From Ophelia neglecta (taxonomy: Eukaryota): a stretch of DNA of 64,000 nucleotides. The translations under genes were made by a program, and so were the position numbers. The DNA lies in the NCBI GenBank assembly GCA_965285935.1, contig OZ260667.1:7874001-7938000 (forward strand), written 5' to 3'. Shown here piece after piece: positions 1-12,400 of the stretch. Below the pieces are notes generated by a model. That model was not told where the DNA came from. It did no database searches and saw only the letters and a list, made by a program, of their open reading frames with translations. Position 1 is the stretch's first letter. Each line of letters opens with the position of its first letter.

Positions 1-161
1 ATTTTGTGAAATGAGTACTCAAAAGGAATGAACGACCCTCTTTCGAATCAGATAAAGGGAACGTCATGCGGAAGAGAAATTTTAACTAGCTCAAGATTCA
101 TGTTTTATTTCTATGGATATTGTTTAATTTCATATTGGAATATGGTAAATGGATTTTCTAG

Positions 162-3100
162 GAACTAAGATCGGCTACCACGCCATCAGTATAGGACTTT
201 ACCAGGACCAGGTGGTGAGGAGGGTGGACCCCAAACACCGCAGTCTGAGTCAGTTCTTTAAGGAGGAGCTAGCCACACCCCTGGGTAAGTGAGATTATAT
301 ATCGTAATCACGGTAGACATCTAGATATCTTTAAGCGTGGGGAGCTTGCTTAGAGCTGCTCGGATTAAATGTAGTTGAATAACAACTATACACTCAAGTC
401 TATCGAGTAAACGTGGTATACTAACGGGATTTTGCTGTATTCATATCTGAACAGCCATGACCTATTGACCACCACCCACTATGAAATAAATTAAACCTCT
501 TGAGAAGGCAGATGTGTGCCGCCCCCCGCCCACCCCCTCCCCACCCAACCCCCCATCCCCACCTCAGGGTATCCGACTCCTCTTTCCATCACGCATTTCT
601 GTTAATATCCTGTTAATTTCCCCCACAGGTTTGGACTTCCAAATTGGTCTTCCCCGCCAGGAGTCGTGGCGAGCGGCACGTGTCTACCCCATGAACCTGT
701 TCACGTGGGAAACTCTCACCCATCCCGAGACTTGGCGCATCTTTCGGGTCATATTGGACAGTGAGGCCATGATACCCTTTAACAGCATTCCAGTAGAGTA
801 TGCGGTAAGGTCCTTATCCAGTCATACGACAGTGGCGTAGGAAGCGTGGGGGGGGGGGGGGCATGGCCCCCCACTTTAAAAAGTGGGGGGGGGCATCATA
901 TGTTTTGCCCCCCCCCCCCCCCCCCCACTTTTTAATGATGACCCTCTCAGTTTTGAATACGAGTAAATTATGTCACACAATTTCCTCAATATTCCGTCTA
1001 TTATCGTTTTAAATTTGGAGTATATCATAAACCTAAATTATCTTTCCCGACCCGCATTCCCCAATCTGGATTTCGTCCCTTATGCCGCTGATGTTAAGTT
1101 GCCCCCCCCCCCCCCCCACTTTGATTTTCCTTCGTACGCCTCTGTACGAGGCGGAACTCAACGTTAATATTATGGAAGAAAAAGCGTTAGTGAAAAGCCG
1201 GCGGACAAAGCCATTTTAATAATCAAGTAGGTGAGAAATCCTCAAGAACCAGCAGCCACAGGTCCACACACATCAGTACCTCAATCCCCATTTCTCAAAG
1301 AGTTATACTAAATAAACGTGTGATGCAAACCTGTGTCTGCTGATATAAAGCTCTGGATGATGGAATATTAGCTACTAAATAACAATTAGCTGCTGATAAA
1401 AAATCGGGAATTTGTTATTAGCTGCTGATGAGCGACTTTGTAAGTTGTCATTAGTTGATGGTATCAATACATATCAGAGACCATTAGCTCCTGATATGAA
1501 TCACTGTAAGATGTATTTAACCTGATATGAAAGCTGGTAGCTGTCATAAGATTCTGATATGAATCATTGTAAGGTGACATTAGCTGCCGATATGTAAGCT
1601 TGTTGGATGTCATAATCCACTGATATGAAAACTTGCAGGAGGTCATTAGCTACTGATATGAAAGCTTGTAGGAGGTCATAAACTTCTGATATGATGCATT
1701 TCTGTAAGATGTCATTAGCTGCCGATATAAAAAAGCTTGTTGGATGTCATTAGCTGCCGATATAAAAGCTTGTAGGATGTCATGCGTGACACACAGGATT
1801 ACATCTGGTAATGCGGTCTGTCATGCATGACCAATGGTAATCACAAGTGTCAACTATGAGCTGCAATGGTGAACACAGCTTCCTTCATCAAAACCAAGCG
1901 TGGCCGTTATAGGCACCAGTTGATAGAGTAGATTTTACAAAGCAACGGTCATGCATGGCTTGCCCCTACTAGCGGCAGATTTTACAAATGTCAGTACCCG
2001 AAGAAGTACTTCGGGCATTAACTTACGTAACTTAACTAACGTAAATTCGGACAATGACACGCTTTGTTCAATTCCGCGCAGCAAGTATATATACTCACAA
2101 TGGGCACCACGGACGCGTATTAAGGCTACTTTCTGCGCGGAATTAAACGATTCACGATATTACCACTCCCTGTACAAACATTTCCCGATGTGTTTGATTG
2201 ATTGATTGATTTAATTTTATTTAGTAAATAAAAATATACGATACAATAAGTGGCACGTAGATAAAAACCCTCAAGGAATACCTTAAACCATCACAGGACT
2301 ACGCTTATTGCACATGTATCGAAAAGGATGCACCAAAAATTAAACAGAGCATGACTTATTCCATTTCCTTTTTCTCCAGAAAAATATGTACAACAACCCT
2401 CTGACACGAGAAGCCCCCATCCCCTCCGTTAACGGGGTGGGCACCGCCGACAGCGTGGCCAAACTCTTCGGCATTCTGGCGAATGGCGGGAAATACAAGG
2501 TAGATATTAGTTAAGACTGTCTTTGAATACTCTTTACTATTTTATCAAGGCTAGATAATTATTTTTGAGGAGCTAGGTCTAACCTCTCTTAATTTACAAA
2601 TATTTTCTTGGCACTTTCAGGGAAAGACTTATTTGACGCCAGCGGGTGTTAGAGGTATAAACGAGGTAGTAATTACTGGTACTGAGATCTACCTAGGCAT
2701 TGAAATGACCGTAGGACGTGGAACTTCGCTGGTACCAAACCAAGATGTAAGTTTTATAAACTCAACAGTGTGTGCAACAGCTCCGAAAAAAACAGTTCTA
2801 TCTTATAAAGATTTGTTTGTAAACCAATGTTAAACCTTTATTTTGTCAAAATACATTTGCTAGTCCCTCATTCTCACGAGTCTTCGCGAGAATTGGACTT
2901 GTGGTAAAAAAGACACTGTTAATGGAGGAATTTAGCAGTACTTGTTTAAAATAGTCAGTGCAATGAAGTTACTATATAACTTCATACGGACGAGTCCCAT
3001 TTGAATAAAATTAAGCACAATTAGTGGCCCATGACTATTTTGAAATGTTTATATTAATTATTTGATTAAATAAATTACTAAAAAATATGAGTTGCGCCAA

Positions 3101-3352
3101 TATTTAGTCGATGTATATGGAAATGGTATAAGCATATTATTAAAAATCCTGCTATATTTTCAGAACTCGAGCCTGACGTTTGGGACGCCCGGTGCTGGAG
3201 GTCAGATGGGTTATGGTGACCCCAAATATCGTCTGGGCTGGGCCTACCTCACTAACTACCACAGTGCTGTAATGGAAACTCCTAGATATAAGGCTCTGAG
3301 AAAAGCCACGTATGACACTGTCTTTGAATTAGAGAAAAAACAGGGCGGATGA
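162..3352 (+). CDS. Beta-lactamase domain-containing protein (serine hydrolase, class C/family VIII esterase-like), copy A; 5'-truncated by the window (exons 5-9)
   Basis: Exons 162-284, 629-804, 2380-2499, 2621-2746 and 3164-3352 have canonical AG/GT borders and consistent phases. Peptides include [63 protein letters not shown] and [21 protein letters not shown] overlaps and follows the TGA stop. Confidence 0.9.
830..1144. mobile_element. Non-autonomous DNA transposon (MITE) with CAGTGGCGTAGGAAG-type TIRs
   Basis: The left end CAGTGGCGTAGGAAG and right end CTTCGTACGCCTCTG are imperfect inverted repeats with poly-G/poly-C subtermini. TACGA occurs on both flanks. Confidence 0.6.
1335..1782. 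repeat. About 33-bp minisatellite in intron 6 of copy A
   Basis: A CTGATATGAAAGCTTGTAGGAGGTCATTAGCTA-like unit recurs at about 1491, 1522, 1554, 1587, 1620, 1653 and 1685. Confidence 0.85.
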
Positions 3353-3514
3353 ATAAAATTAATAAAAGCAGCTATAATTGTGTGGAAGCCTTTGACTTTG
3401 TTCCAAGCCTTTTTTGCAGGAAATAAACCGGTACTCTCAAAGTCACAAAGAGCAGTTTCAAGTGCCTATTTTTTGAGAAGAAAAATTATGTCTTTAGTAA
3501 AGCCTGTCAATTAT

Positions 3515-3765
3515 TCAGAATCGAAGCGAAATAGAAATAAATTTTTTCACCAATGACTCGGTCATTCTACACAGCCTTCCAAAAAGTCTCAACTTGCGAA
3601 TCGCAAGAGTACCCTGGAATGGCAACCAACCAAGCAATCCAAGAGACATACGCGTGTTCGAGCGAGGATGCAGTCTCTGTATAGTCTTGGCACAATACCG
3701 GTGACATAGCTCAAGTTCATTTAGCTGAGTTAATGTCAGATCGTTCCACAATTCACAGCCCATAA
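3515..3765 (-). mobile_element. Non-LTR retrotransposon (LINE) ORF2 C-terminal fragment
   Basis: Translation GCELWNDLTLTQLNELELCHRYCAKTIQRLHPRSNTRMSLGLLGWLP..IRKLRLFGRLCRM resembles the region just after the RT domain in invertebrate LINEs. Confidence 0.65.
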
Positions 3766-3767
3766 AG

Positions 3768-4155
3768 GCGCTGGTTAGAATTCTGCACTCGGGGAATCCC
3801 TTCACCTGATTAACAGCTGTTTTACGGACTGGAGAGTTTGCTGATTGTTGTATGGTTATCACGTCCTCAACAGAGGGACATCTAGGCCTATCTACCGATT
3901 CAGCAATCTGAGTGGATTTCACCAAAAGTTACTGGTGTATGAGTACGAGTACATTCCAGGATGAAAGCATTGATTAACGGTGGCGAGTAGTCTACAATAG
4001 ACACATGAACGGATACACTCATCGAGAAAACTCCGTAGCCCTATTCATTTCAATTTCAACTGTTGAGAGTGTTGCGACCTGCCAACTCTCCAGTTCATGA
4101 ATAGAAGGGATTCCCCGATAAATCTAGTCTAAGACGTCAGAACGGCAGTCCAGCC
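3768..4155. mobile_element. Foldback/MITE-like insertion bordering the LINE fragment
   Basis: TCGGGGAATCCC..ACTGGAGAGTT (about 3789-3838) is mirrored by AACTCTCCAGT..GGGGATTCCCCGA (about 4084-4119). Confidence 0.45.
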
Positions 4156-5422
4156 AAATTGGCGACGTGCGGAGTGGCATCCGAACGGAATCTCCCTAAC
4201 AACAGTATCCAATGCAGTGACGTAAGCGTTCTACTTCAAGCGCCAAATGCAAACTCATGAAAAGCGATAACTTGAATTCGGCGACCCATCTATACGACGT
4301 ATATTGTAAGTAATAAGGTAGTATATGCTTTGATCCAATCTGTAGAGATGATTTTGGTCGACAAACGATTGTTTGACAAACCTTTATGTCCACACTTCAA
4401 AGCGTCTAATTAGGCGTGGCGACTAGATTGTAAAAGTGAAGATTTTACTCACATATTGTAAGTGGGCCCGGCTAGGAAAACTCCAAGTCTTTCTGGTCCC
4501 AAATTCCAAGCAATGTATACATTTAACGTGCTCTGAAAGCCAAAGAAAATAATTGTAGGCCTAATGATTGAACGATTGATTGAAGATATCAGAACACTTG
4601 TTCTATACATATTTCTTAATTCAATTTATTTCTATACGTCTTTGTCTTATTCACAAACGTGAATAGAGGACTCAACTTAATCGGCGAAGACAAGCATTCT
4701 CTCCAATATCTTCACCTTCTCCCCCCTTGTACCTAAAGGCGCGTCTATAATTAGATTTCGTATGACTGGCTCGGAGTTGCTATCAAGTTTCTACTGACAA
4801 ATCATACACCGAGAGGTTATGGGTTTTGTTTTGGTGCTTTGAACCAAAATAAGTGTCCTAGTTAGGGCGCTCCAGCTCAAAGTTGTGACACTCTATTTTT
4901 TCAAATTAATCGAACCATAAACAGCGATATGAGATATGAGAATATTAAATATTCACAGAGGCTCTCAGAGATCAACATATTTAGTGTAGGTTAATTCTAA
5001 ATATGTTTTATTACAAGTACTGTCGACAAGCTGTGTGCTATTATTTCATTTAGCTATCACACCATAAATAGCTGAGGTATGAGCATTTGAAAACTTCAAA
5101 AATAGCTCTCAGAGTTATAGATATTGAAAATAGGACAACCAGAATTCAATGGTTTTGAGGCCGGTCATAGGTCATAAATTGTCACCAAATTTGGTCAAAA
5201 TCGGATGAGAGGTTTTTGAGTAATCAAGTTTTCTCCTGGCGTGTCCCATGTAGATGTGGAAACCAGAAAATTTGACGAATCTCACCCAATCCACAGATAA
5301 TATTCAAAATACGCCAATTCGCTAATATAACAAGCCTCGTTAAGCTACGGATTTAAACGATGAGTGAAATTACTACAATTTGCACTGCACGCCCAATAAG
5401 ACTACTTTCTACGTAATACAGG

Positions 5423-5627
5423 GTAAAGCCGCGTAATTCACGCATCGCTTTATTCCCGCACAAGATCGTGCAGGAGTTAGACTTATTCCGCTCACAAATG
5501 AAGACAAGTATTAACGAGCATTAATTCTCCTTATTCCGCACACAACCCTCATTCCGCACACGTTATGCGTGGAATAAGCTTACTAACTGCGCGGAATTAA
5601 TCGATCCGCGAAATAACCCGACTTTAT
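5423..5627. mobile_element. MITE with internal ATTCCGCGCA-like subrepeats; related pieces near 2040-2160, 24037, 25025, 28180-28500 and 36190-36315
   Basis: Inverted ends TAAAGCCGCGTAATTCACGCATCG and CGATCCGCGAAATAACCCGACTTTA; repeated TTCCGC(G)CA motifs inside. Confidence 0.5.
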
Positions 5628-5731
5628 AATAGTAAGTTAAACGATGGTTAATATTTTAAATGGCTATGGGTCCAACTTCTTAACTTATGAGCTATAATGA
5701 AATACAGTCTAGGCCTATGCTTAAATAAATA

Positions 5732-5909
5732 CAGTGAAACCTGTGAATTCAGACCACCCAAGGGACTGGAAAATACTGATCTGATTATGGAGGTGGTCTA
5801 TTTACACAGGGTAATTTACATTGTCAGTGTACAGTATGGTATTTATACAAGTGGTCTGAATTGACAGGTGGTCTGAATATAGAGGTGTTCTATAAGGCAG
5901 GTTTCACTG
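5732..5909. mobile_element. About 178-bp Tc1/mariner-pogo-type MITE (CAGTGAAACCTG TIR, TA TSD); representative of 15 or more copies in the window
   Basis: TA|CAGTGAAACCTG...CAGGTTTCACTG|TA with internal AGACCACC repeats. Other copies lie at about 6070, 9118-9294, 10356-10532, 12724-12901, 18287, 20474-20650, 21129-21306, 22798-22967, 23364, 24395-24572, 24622-24799, 24802-24979, 36577-36754, 41640 and 53479-53657. Confidence 0.85.
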
Positions 5910-7696
5910 TATACCACACTTGGATTCCACAAAACTTTCAGCCGCTATTTATATGTATAAATACCTGTCTAAAAACGGATAAAACAAGATTCCATTCATC
6001 TTAAAGTAGCTGAGTCAGGGTGCAAACCTATGCGTTTATTAAAATACCCACAATGTAGCCTTATAGGTGCAGTGAAACCTGTGAATTAAGCCCACCAAAG
6101 GGGCTGAAAAATACTGGTCTGATTTCGGAGGTGGTCTGTTTAGACAGGTTATTTAACATTAGAGGCAATCAGCATGGTCCTTATATAAGTGGCATGAATT
6201 GGCAGGTGGTCTGATTATAGAGGTGGGGGGGCAGTGGGGGGGGGGGCAGTATACCAAAGATCTTAAGGGTGGGCTCTGTTGGTGTTTATTTTGCCCTTAT
6301 CCATTTGCCGCCGCCCCTGCCTGCGGTTTCCTAATAGTGGTCCCCACACTTTCATCTGTCCATTCTGCGCTTTTACATTTGAAGGCAAAGTGAATTTCTG
6401 TAAATGAGGTCAAGTTAAAAAAAAAAACAGAAAAACTTTTTGCAATAGCGTAGCCAGCCTTACACGTGTATGCACATCGCTCTGGATTTTTTCTCAATAT
6501 GTTTAGTCAGCCGAAAATGATTCTTGGGAGCTCTATCCTTCAAGGGGTATAGGTTATTTAGTGGCTTGTGTGCATACACAGGTTCTCAGTTCTACCTACG
6601 CAATTAACACATAAAATCGAGTCCTAATGAAATACAATAGTGGAACATACATTTACTTATTACTGAGGCACGGTTTATCCCTTGAACCAGTGTTAATTGC
6701 TTGGGCCTTAAACTGGTACAAGTCTTTGACCTTATTCAAATACACACAAGCACCCATATAGGCACAAGCGATTGATTTTTTTTTTCTTGATACACCTTTT
6801 ACTGAGCATGTAAAGACCAATTCGAAGTAATATCTACAACCCCGCCTCTAATATTGTCGATTTTTCACACTTTCCCTCGTTTCTCCAAGTCCAAACTTCT
6901 GGCGAAGCCGTGAGAATAGTGTGCTTTCGCTACCCGACGAAAATTTAAAAAAACAATCACGTTGTTTCGGCGATATAGATTGGACAAGTTCAGATGGTGT
7001 CGGTTCGTTCGCTTGTTACGTTAATACAGCAGGCCGACCGATGCCGAAGTCTGTCAGCTATGACGGACACTCCCGCAGACGACTGGGTTACACTGGCCGT
7101 TAGTCCCATGTGTATGGCATGGTTTAAGTCAGGGGGGGAGGGGGGGGGGAGGGAGTGGTACCAAACATTATCAGTGGGCTCTGTGGCTGTGTATCGTGTG
7201 ATACCCAATACTCAGTGGTGGATCCAGAATGGGGGGGGGGCGCTTTAAGGCCCGAAGCCCCCCCCCCCCCCCCAACACACACACCCCCCCCCCCAATCAA
7301 GCAAGTCCAATAGCACCCCTCCACATCTAAGGCCCCCCTCTGTTTCGTGTCTCGTTTAGGCTGGCATGAAACCTGAGTAAGTTATAGAAATAAAGACTAA
7401 AATTAGAGGGTATGCTGAAATTCTCGGTGTTCTTATGTGGAGACACATAATGAAACAGCTCATTCGAAAGTCTTCATATCACTAGTTTAAATTAAGATTT
7501 TTAGAGGGTTCAGATGGCAATAATGAGAGGTTTGTCTTAGGAGCCCAAGGTCAAAACGCGGGGGTCCTTAGCAAGTCAAGTCTTAAATTACTAGCCTAGT
7601 TTCATCAAATTTTGCTTCAGCTCTTCAACTGTAAGATGTAGGGAAATACTCAACTAAGAAAATTCTTTGACTATACTGACTTAAGCTGTCACAAGG

Positions 7697-8474
7697 GGCC
7701 TCGTGCCAGAACAGTTTTTGACTTTTAATACGATGGTAGCTTGCTTAGTCTTGTATTATACTTGAGTTGACTAAGATTTGAGGGGGAAATATTCTTGGGC
7801 TAAGTTTGTTCTAAGTATTTTCTAAAGGAAGAATTATATCCAAGCAAGCTAGAAAGGTTGTTGAGTTTTAACTGAAATATGCATTTAGTCACTAAAACAG
7901 CAATTTGGGGCCCAAAAATAATTTGTATCTTACTAAAGCCACTACAGATGGATGACCAATAATTACTAGTTAAAACTGATATAAATAATTAAGTTCGTTG
8001 CATAAATCAATGGTAAATATTTCTGAGATAACAGAATGTCTGATATATTAACACGATTTGAAACTCTTCACAGCACTACGTTAATCCTAAGTCAGCAGCC
8101 CAAGTTATCCTTAGTTTCATCTTACATTTTTTGAGCGCACCAATTTTAAGCAATTTATAACTTAACTTCTCAGATCATACTCAGACTTAAGATTAGTAAA
8201 ATCAGGGGTCTACACTAACTTTTCTTGGTACTTGCCCTGAGGGCAAGTAGCACCAGAAAACTATTTGCCCGCACCATAGGCTTACTGTCCCAAAAATATC
8301 TGTACATATAAAATATACAAGATATCCAACAATCGGGGATTTGGGGAATTTTAGCAGGTTGCCCGGCGGGATGTAAGAAACTAAAACCTTTGTGCCCGCA
8401 AGCAGATTTGAGGTGCCCCGGGACGTCGGGCAATAGTTAGTGTAGACCCCTGGTAAAATCTAGCACATGGGGTC
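7697..8474. mobile_element. PIF/Harbinger-like non-autonomous element with GGCCCCRTGTGCTAGA-type termini, carrying a nested insertion
   Basis: Its ends match those of 36840-37369 in the opposite orientation, and the terminus at about 32098. Confidence 0.55.
8203..8452. mobile_element. hAT-like MITE nested in the preceding element
   Basis: Perfect 18-bp TIRs CAGGGGTCTACACTAACT / AGTTAGTGTAGACCCCTG; GTAAAAT(C) is duplicated on both flanks. Confidence 0.75.
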
Positions 8475-9498
8475 AGGTGTTCCTCAGAGGACATCTTCTT
8501 GTATCCTAGTAAAGGTATGATTAAATAAATCGGTTCAAAATATACAATAATATACGTGTGTAATGGAATATATGTATACTCTTTAACATATTTGTGCACA
8601 ATGTTTTCTCAAAATTGCTTTTTAAGGCATTAAAAATAGCACCAAAATGTTTCAAATAATCCAAAAAAAACCTAACAACCCCCCCCCCCCATCCGTATAT
8701 TGGCGGCGCGACTTCGTCACTTGAATGTCAACTTCAATTTTGCGACCAAATACCTTCAGCCCCCCCCCCCCCCCCCCCCCCGGCAAATGTGCTGGATGCG
8801 CCCATGATATTCTTCCCACACACTTCACTTTAAGACATGCTTTTTTTTTATCTAGTCACCCAAACAGGTGATGTTTTGCGGTATTGGCTATTAGAATATA
8901 CGTATTATTTTTTAGATAAAATCCAAGAATATTTCCATCATATGCCCATGAAGAGCAAATGTGTCTGATCCTGGCAACTTTATCCTGACAATTTCGTTTA
9001 CTGATTATCAAAACAGGACATTAGACAACGACCTTTGTCAAGTAGCACGGTTGTTTTTCCTTCATCCAACTGCCGTTAGGCGATCGATGGCGACTTCTAG
9101 GCGGTTGTTAGACAATACAGTGGAACCTGTCAATTAAAAACCCCAAGGGACTGGAAAATACTGGTCTGATTTCTGAGGTGGTCTATTTAGACAGGTTATT
9201 TAACATCGAAGGCATACAGCATGGTCCTTATATAAGTGGTCTGAATTGGCAGGTGGTCTGATTATAGAGGTGGCCTTTAAGGCAGGTTTTACTGTATATT
9301 GGTACCGTATATCACAGATATACCCCAAGTTCCGAACCGGGCATCCCCGTAATAAAATCTCGCCCCCAGCCCCAACCCCCCCCCCCCCGCCTCCGCCTCC
9401 GGAAGTGGTAAGGCTACAGTTCAGCGCGTTCACTCACCGACCCGTAGTCAGATCTTGCAGGCACTATCTCCCGGTTATTAAATCTCTACCGACAGAAT

Positions 9499-12400
9499 AT
9501 GGGTTTTCTGCGGTACTCGCTGGTTGTGGCGGTCACGGCGGTGGTGGTGGTTAAGTTACCTGGATGGCTGACCCCCGGACTGGACACCAATGTACGTGGA
9601 TGGTCTGCCCCGGGCTGGGAGAACGTGGAGCGCACCTTCAGGTAGTATCACCTCCAGATTGTATCCCCAATATGTGCAGGCCCTGTAGCAGCGGCGGATT
9701 CAGGGGGCGCAGGGGGCCCGGGCTCCCTTCTGGCACAAAGTGCGCCTGGACCAGGGCCTATTTCTGGACCCACGCAAGGTGGTTTCAGAGGGTTGGTTAC
9801 GGGGACAATCCAGACATTGGCCTTGTCAGCCTTGGAAAATATGGCCCCTCCCCTTTCTGAAATCCTGGATCCGCCAGTGCCCTGTGTGGATGGTCTACCG
9901 TAAACTTGTAGTCAGGGGTACCTTAAGTACATATCGTAGAGTTGGTTTATTCATGTGTTAATGTTATAACAAGGGACCTTTGACTACATATGGCCTACAT
10001 GTATAACGATAACGACTGCCGTCTCAAGGGTGCAGGACGTTCACTGTATGACCATTATTAAAGTACCTGCCATTGCTGCGCTTTGACAGAGCAATACGAG
10101 TTCGGCTACAAGTCTGTAGGTAGTAATATAAACACACCTGTCACTCCTGAACCATGCCGCGATCGATTTCAATACACTAGCTAAAGCAGGTCATTGGCTG
10201 GCACAGAAAAATATGAGGGCGTTCACGATAAACGGGCTGAGAGGCAATGTCGGCAGTGTTCATCTATCTAAGTGTAGCAATTATAAAAACATATGCATTG
10301 ATGAGAACTATTATTAGTTGATTTTGTTAGTTCTTATATGTTAGTAATTAGAATACAGTGGACCCTGTGAATTAAAACCAACAAAGGGATTGGAAGATGC
10401 TGGTCTGATTTTGGAGGAGGTCTGTTTAGGCAGGTTATTTAATATTGCAAGTATACAGCATGGTCCATGTATAAGTGGTCTGATTTGACAGGTGGTCTGA
10501 GTACAGAGGTGGTCTTTAAGGCAGGTTCACTGTATGTTCGTATACTAGATGTATTTTTTTATTGTGTCAACTGTGATAGTGATGTAATTGACTCAGGAAG
10601 GGCAGTGAAATAAGTTGAATTGAATTGAATTAAACCAGGCATAGAAATTAACTTTTTTACACACCAGCAAAACATTGTTATTTATAATGTTTTGCAGTAG
10701 CAAATGAATTACTTGGACTAGCGAATCAAGTGCTCACATGAACGTGGCACAATTGAAGTTGTGTATAATTTATAATCAGTTCACTTAATGGTAAATGCAG
10801 GCAACGGGTTTATGCAGGCTACAGCAACTAAAAAAAATAAATTAAAAAATAAGGGAAAAATATTAAAGAATGCATACACAGGATTTTTTCTTCAAGCAAC
10901 TGCCGCCCAGTTACTTCATTTTTCACTGACAAAATATGTAAAACCACTGGCATTTTGCAGGTTGCTAGCCTTCAATTCAATTTCAAATTCAATTCAATTC
11001 AACATAAGCCTTCATTTCCAGCCGTGGTCTGTGTGACTCAAAATGTGTCTATATTTCTCAGTGTGCTCGTATATCTGCCAAACTTCGTATACGGCGGTCT
11101 GTCTTTCAGGCAAATAAAACAGTATATTTTGTCTTTCGCTAGGGATCTGGTTGAGAGCGGCGCTGAGTGAGGGGGGTCGTTCTCGGTGTACTACCGCGGG
11201 GAGAGGGTGGTCAACCTGGTTGGAGGCTATGCTGACCGGGAGGCCGGTCTCCCCTGGACGGAGAATACCATAAGCCAGTTCTACTCTTCCACCAAGGGAA
11301 TCGCCGCCATCGTCATCGCCATGCTCGTCGACCGGTAAGAAACATATACACCCCGGGGTGGGGGGGGGGGGGGTACTGACCCCTAAGCTGAAAGCTAGTA
11401 GCTGGCATCGGAGGTCTCAAAACACTACCATAAATAAGTGCAAATTTAACAGACATGTAATCCCGGATGTCGCAATATAGCAATATTTACTTGGGGAAGA
11501 AGCAGCGTTAGACTCTTATCGCTACGGGGCACCATAATCACAGAAATCTCTTTTCTTTTTTATCATTACATACCATAACAGAACATGAAACAACATATAT
11601 TACGTAGACAGATACTTAAGACGCCACAAAACCACAAAGCTCTTATTACTGCATAAAAAGCAACCTTTTGGCAATTTTCTGTTGCGAGGCTAGGTCAAAT
11701 TGTCCAAATATCAAATCATTTCAGAAAAAAAACCCTAGCTAGGGGCAATTTTCTTTATTGCGTGGCTCATACCTAATATGGATGGAAAGGACCTTGCCCC
11801 CCCCCCCCCCCCCCGGGCCACAGTGGTTCTAACTGGACCTATTCTCGAAAATACTCTTGCCTGAGGCGACAGTTCTATATGGCAATTCATATACAGATCG
11901 CATGCCTGAGGGTTTAGATACAACAGGGCTCCTCGTGACAAAAAATGAAATTTCATTTGCTTCAAAGCTGTTGAATTTCTAAATTCCATTTCTTCCAGAG
12001 GTCATTTGTCGTATGAGAAGCCTGTGAAGGACTACTGGCCGGAGTTTGCCGCTAACGGCAAGGATGACGTCACCATAGAACAACTCTTTAGTCATCAGGT
12101 AGGTTTTACATAGATGGTGGTGGGGCAGAAATTTGGATAGAAGGAGGAACTCCGACAGTGGGGCCCAACAAGCCAAAAGAGCGGAATAACAAGATGCGAG
12201 AAGTGACCCTACTTTATCTTTTGTATTTGGGTGTTTATTGGACAAGGAGTTTCCGCGGGTAATGAATACCGTGACTTGAGCCCACCCTCAGAGATGCTCA
12301 CACTGGAATAGCTCCGATTTATGGATAAAATATAACATACTTTCAAAATATAATTTTTTAGAAGAAAAGGAGAATAAAATTTCAATAAAGATTACAAATA

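Noticed and set aside
11168-11170. Selenocysteine codon
   Set aside because: Paralogs encode Arg rather than Cys, the site is non-catalytic, and no SECIS was recognised after 16918 (not computed).
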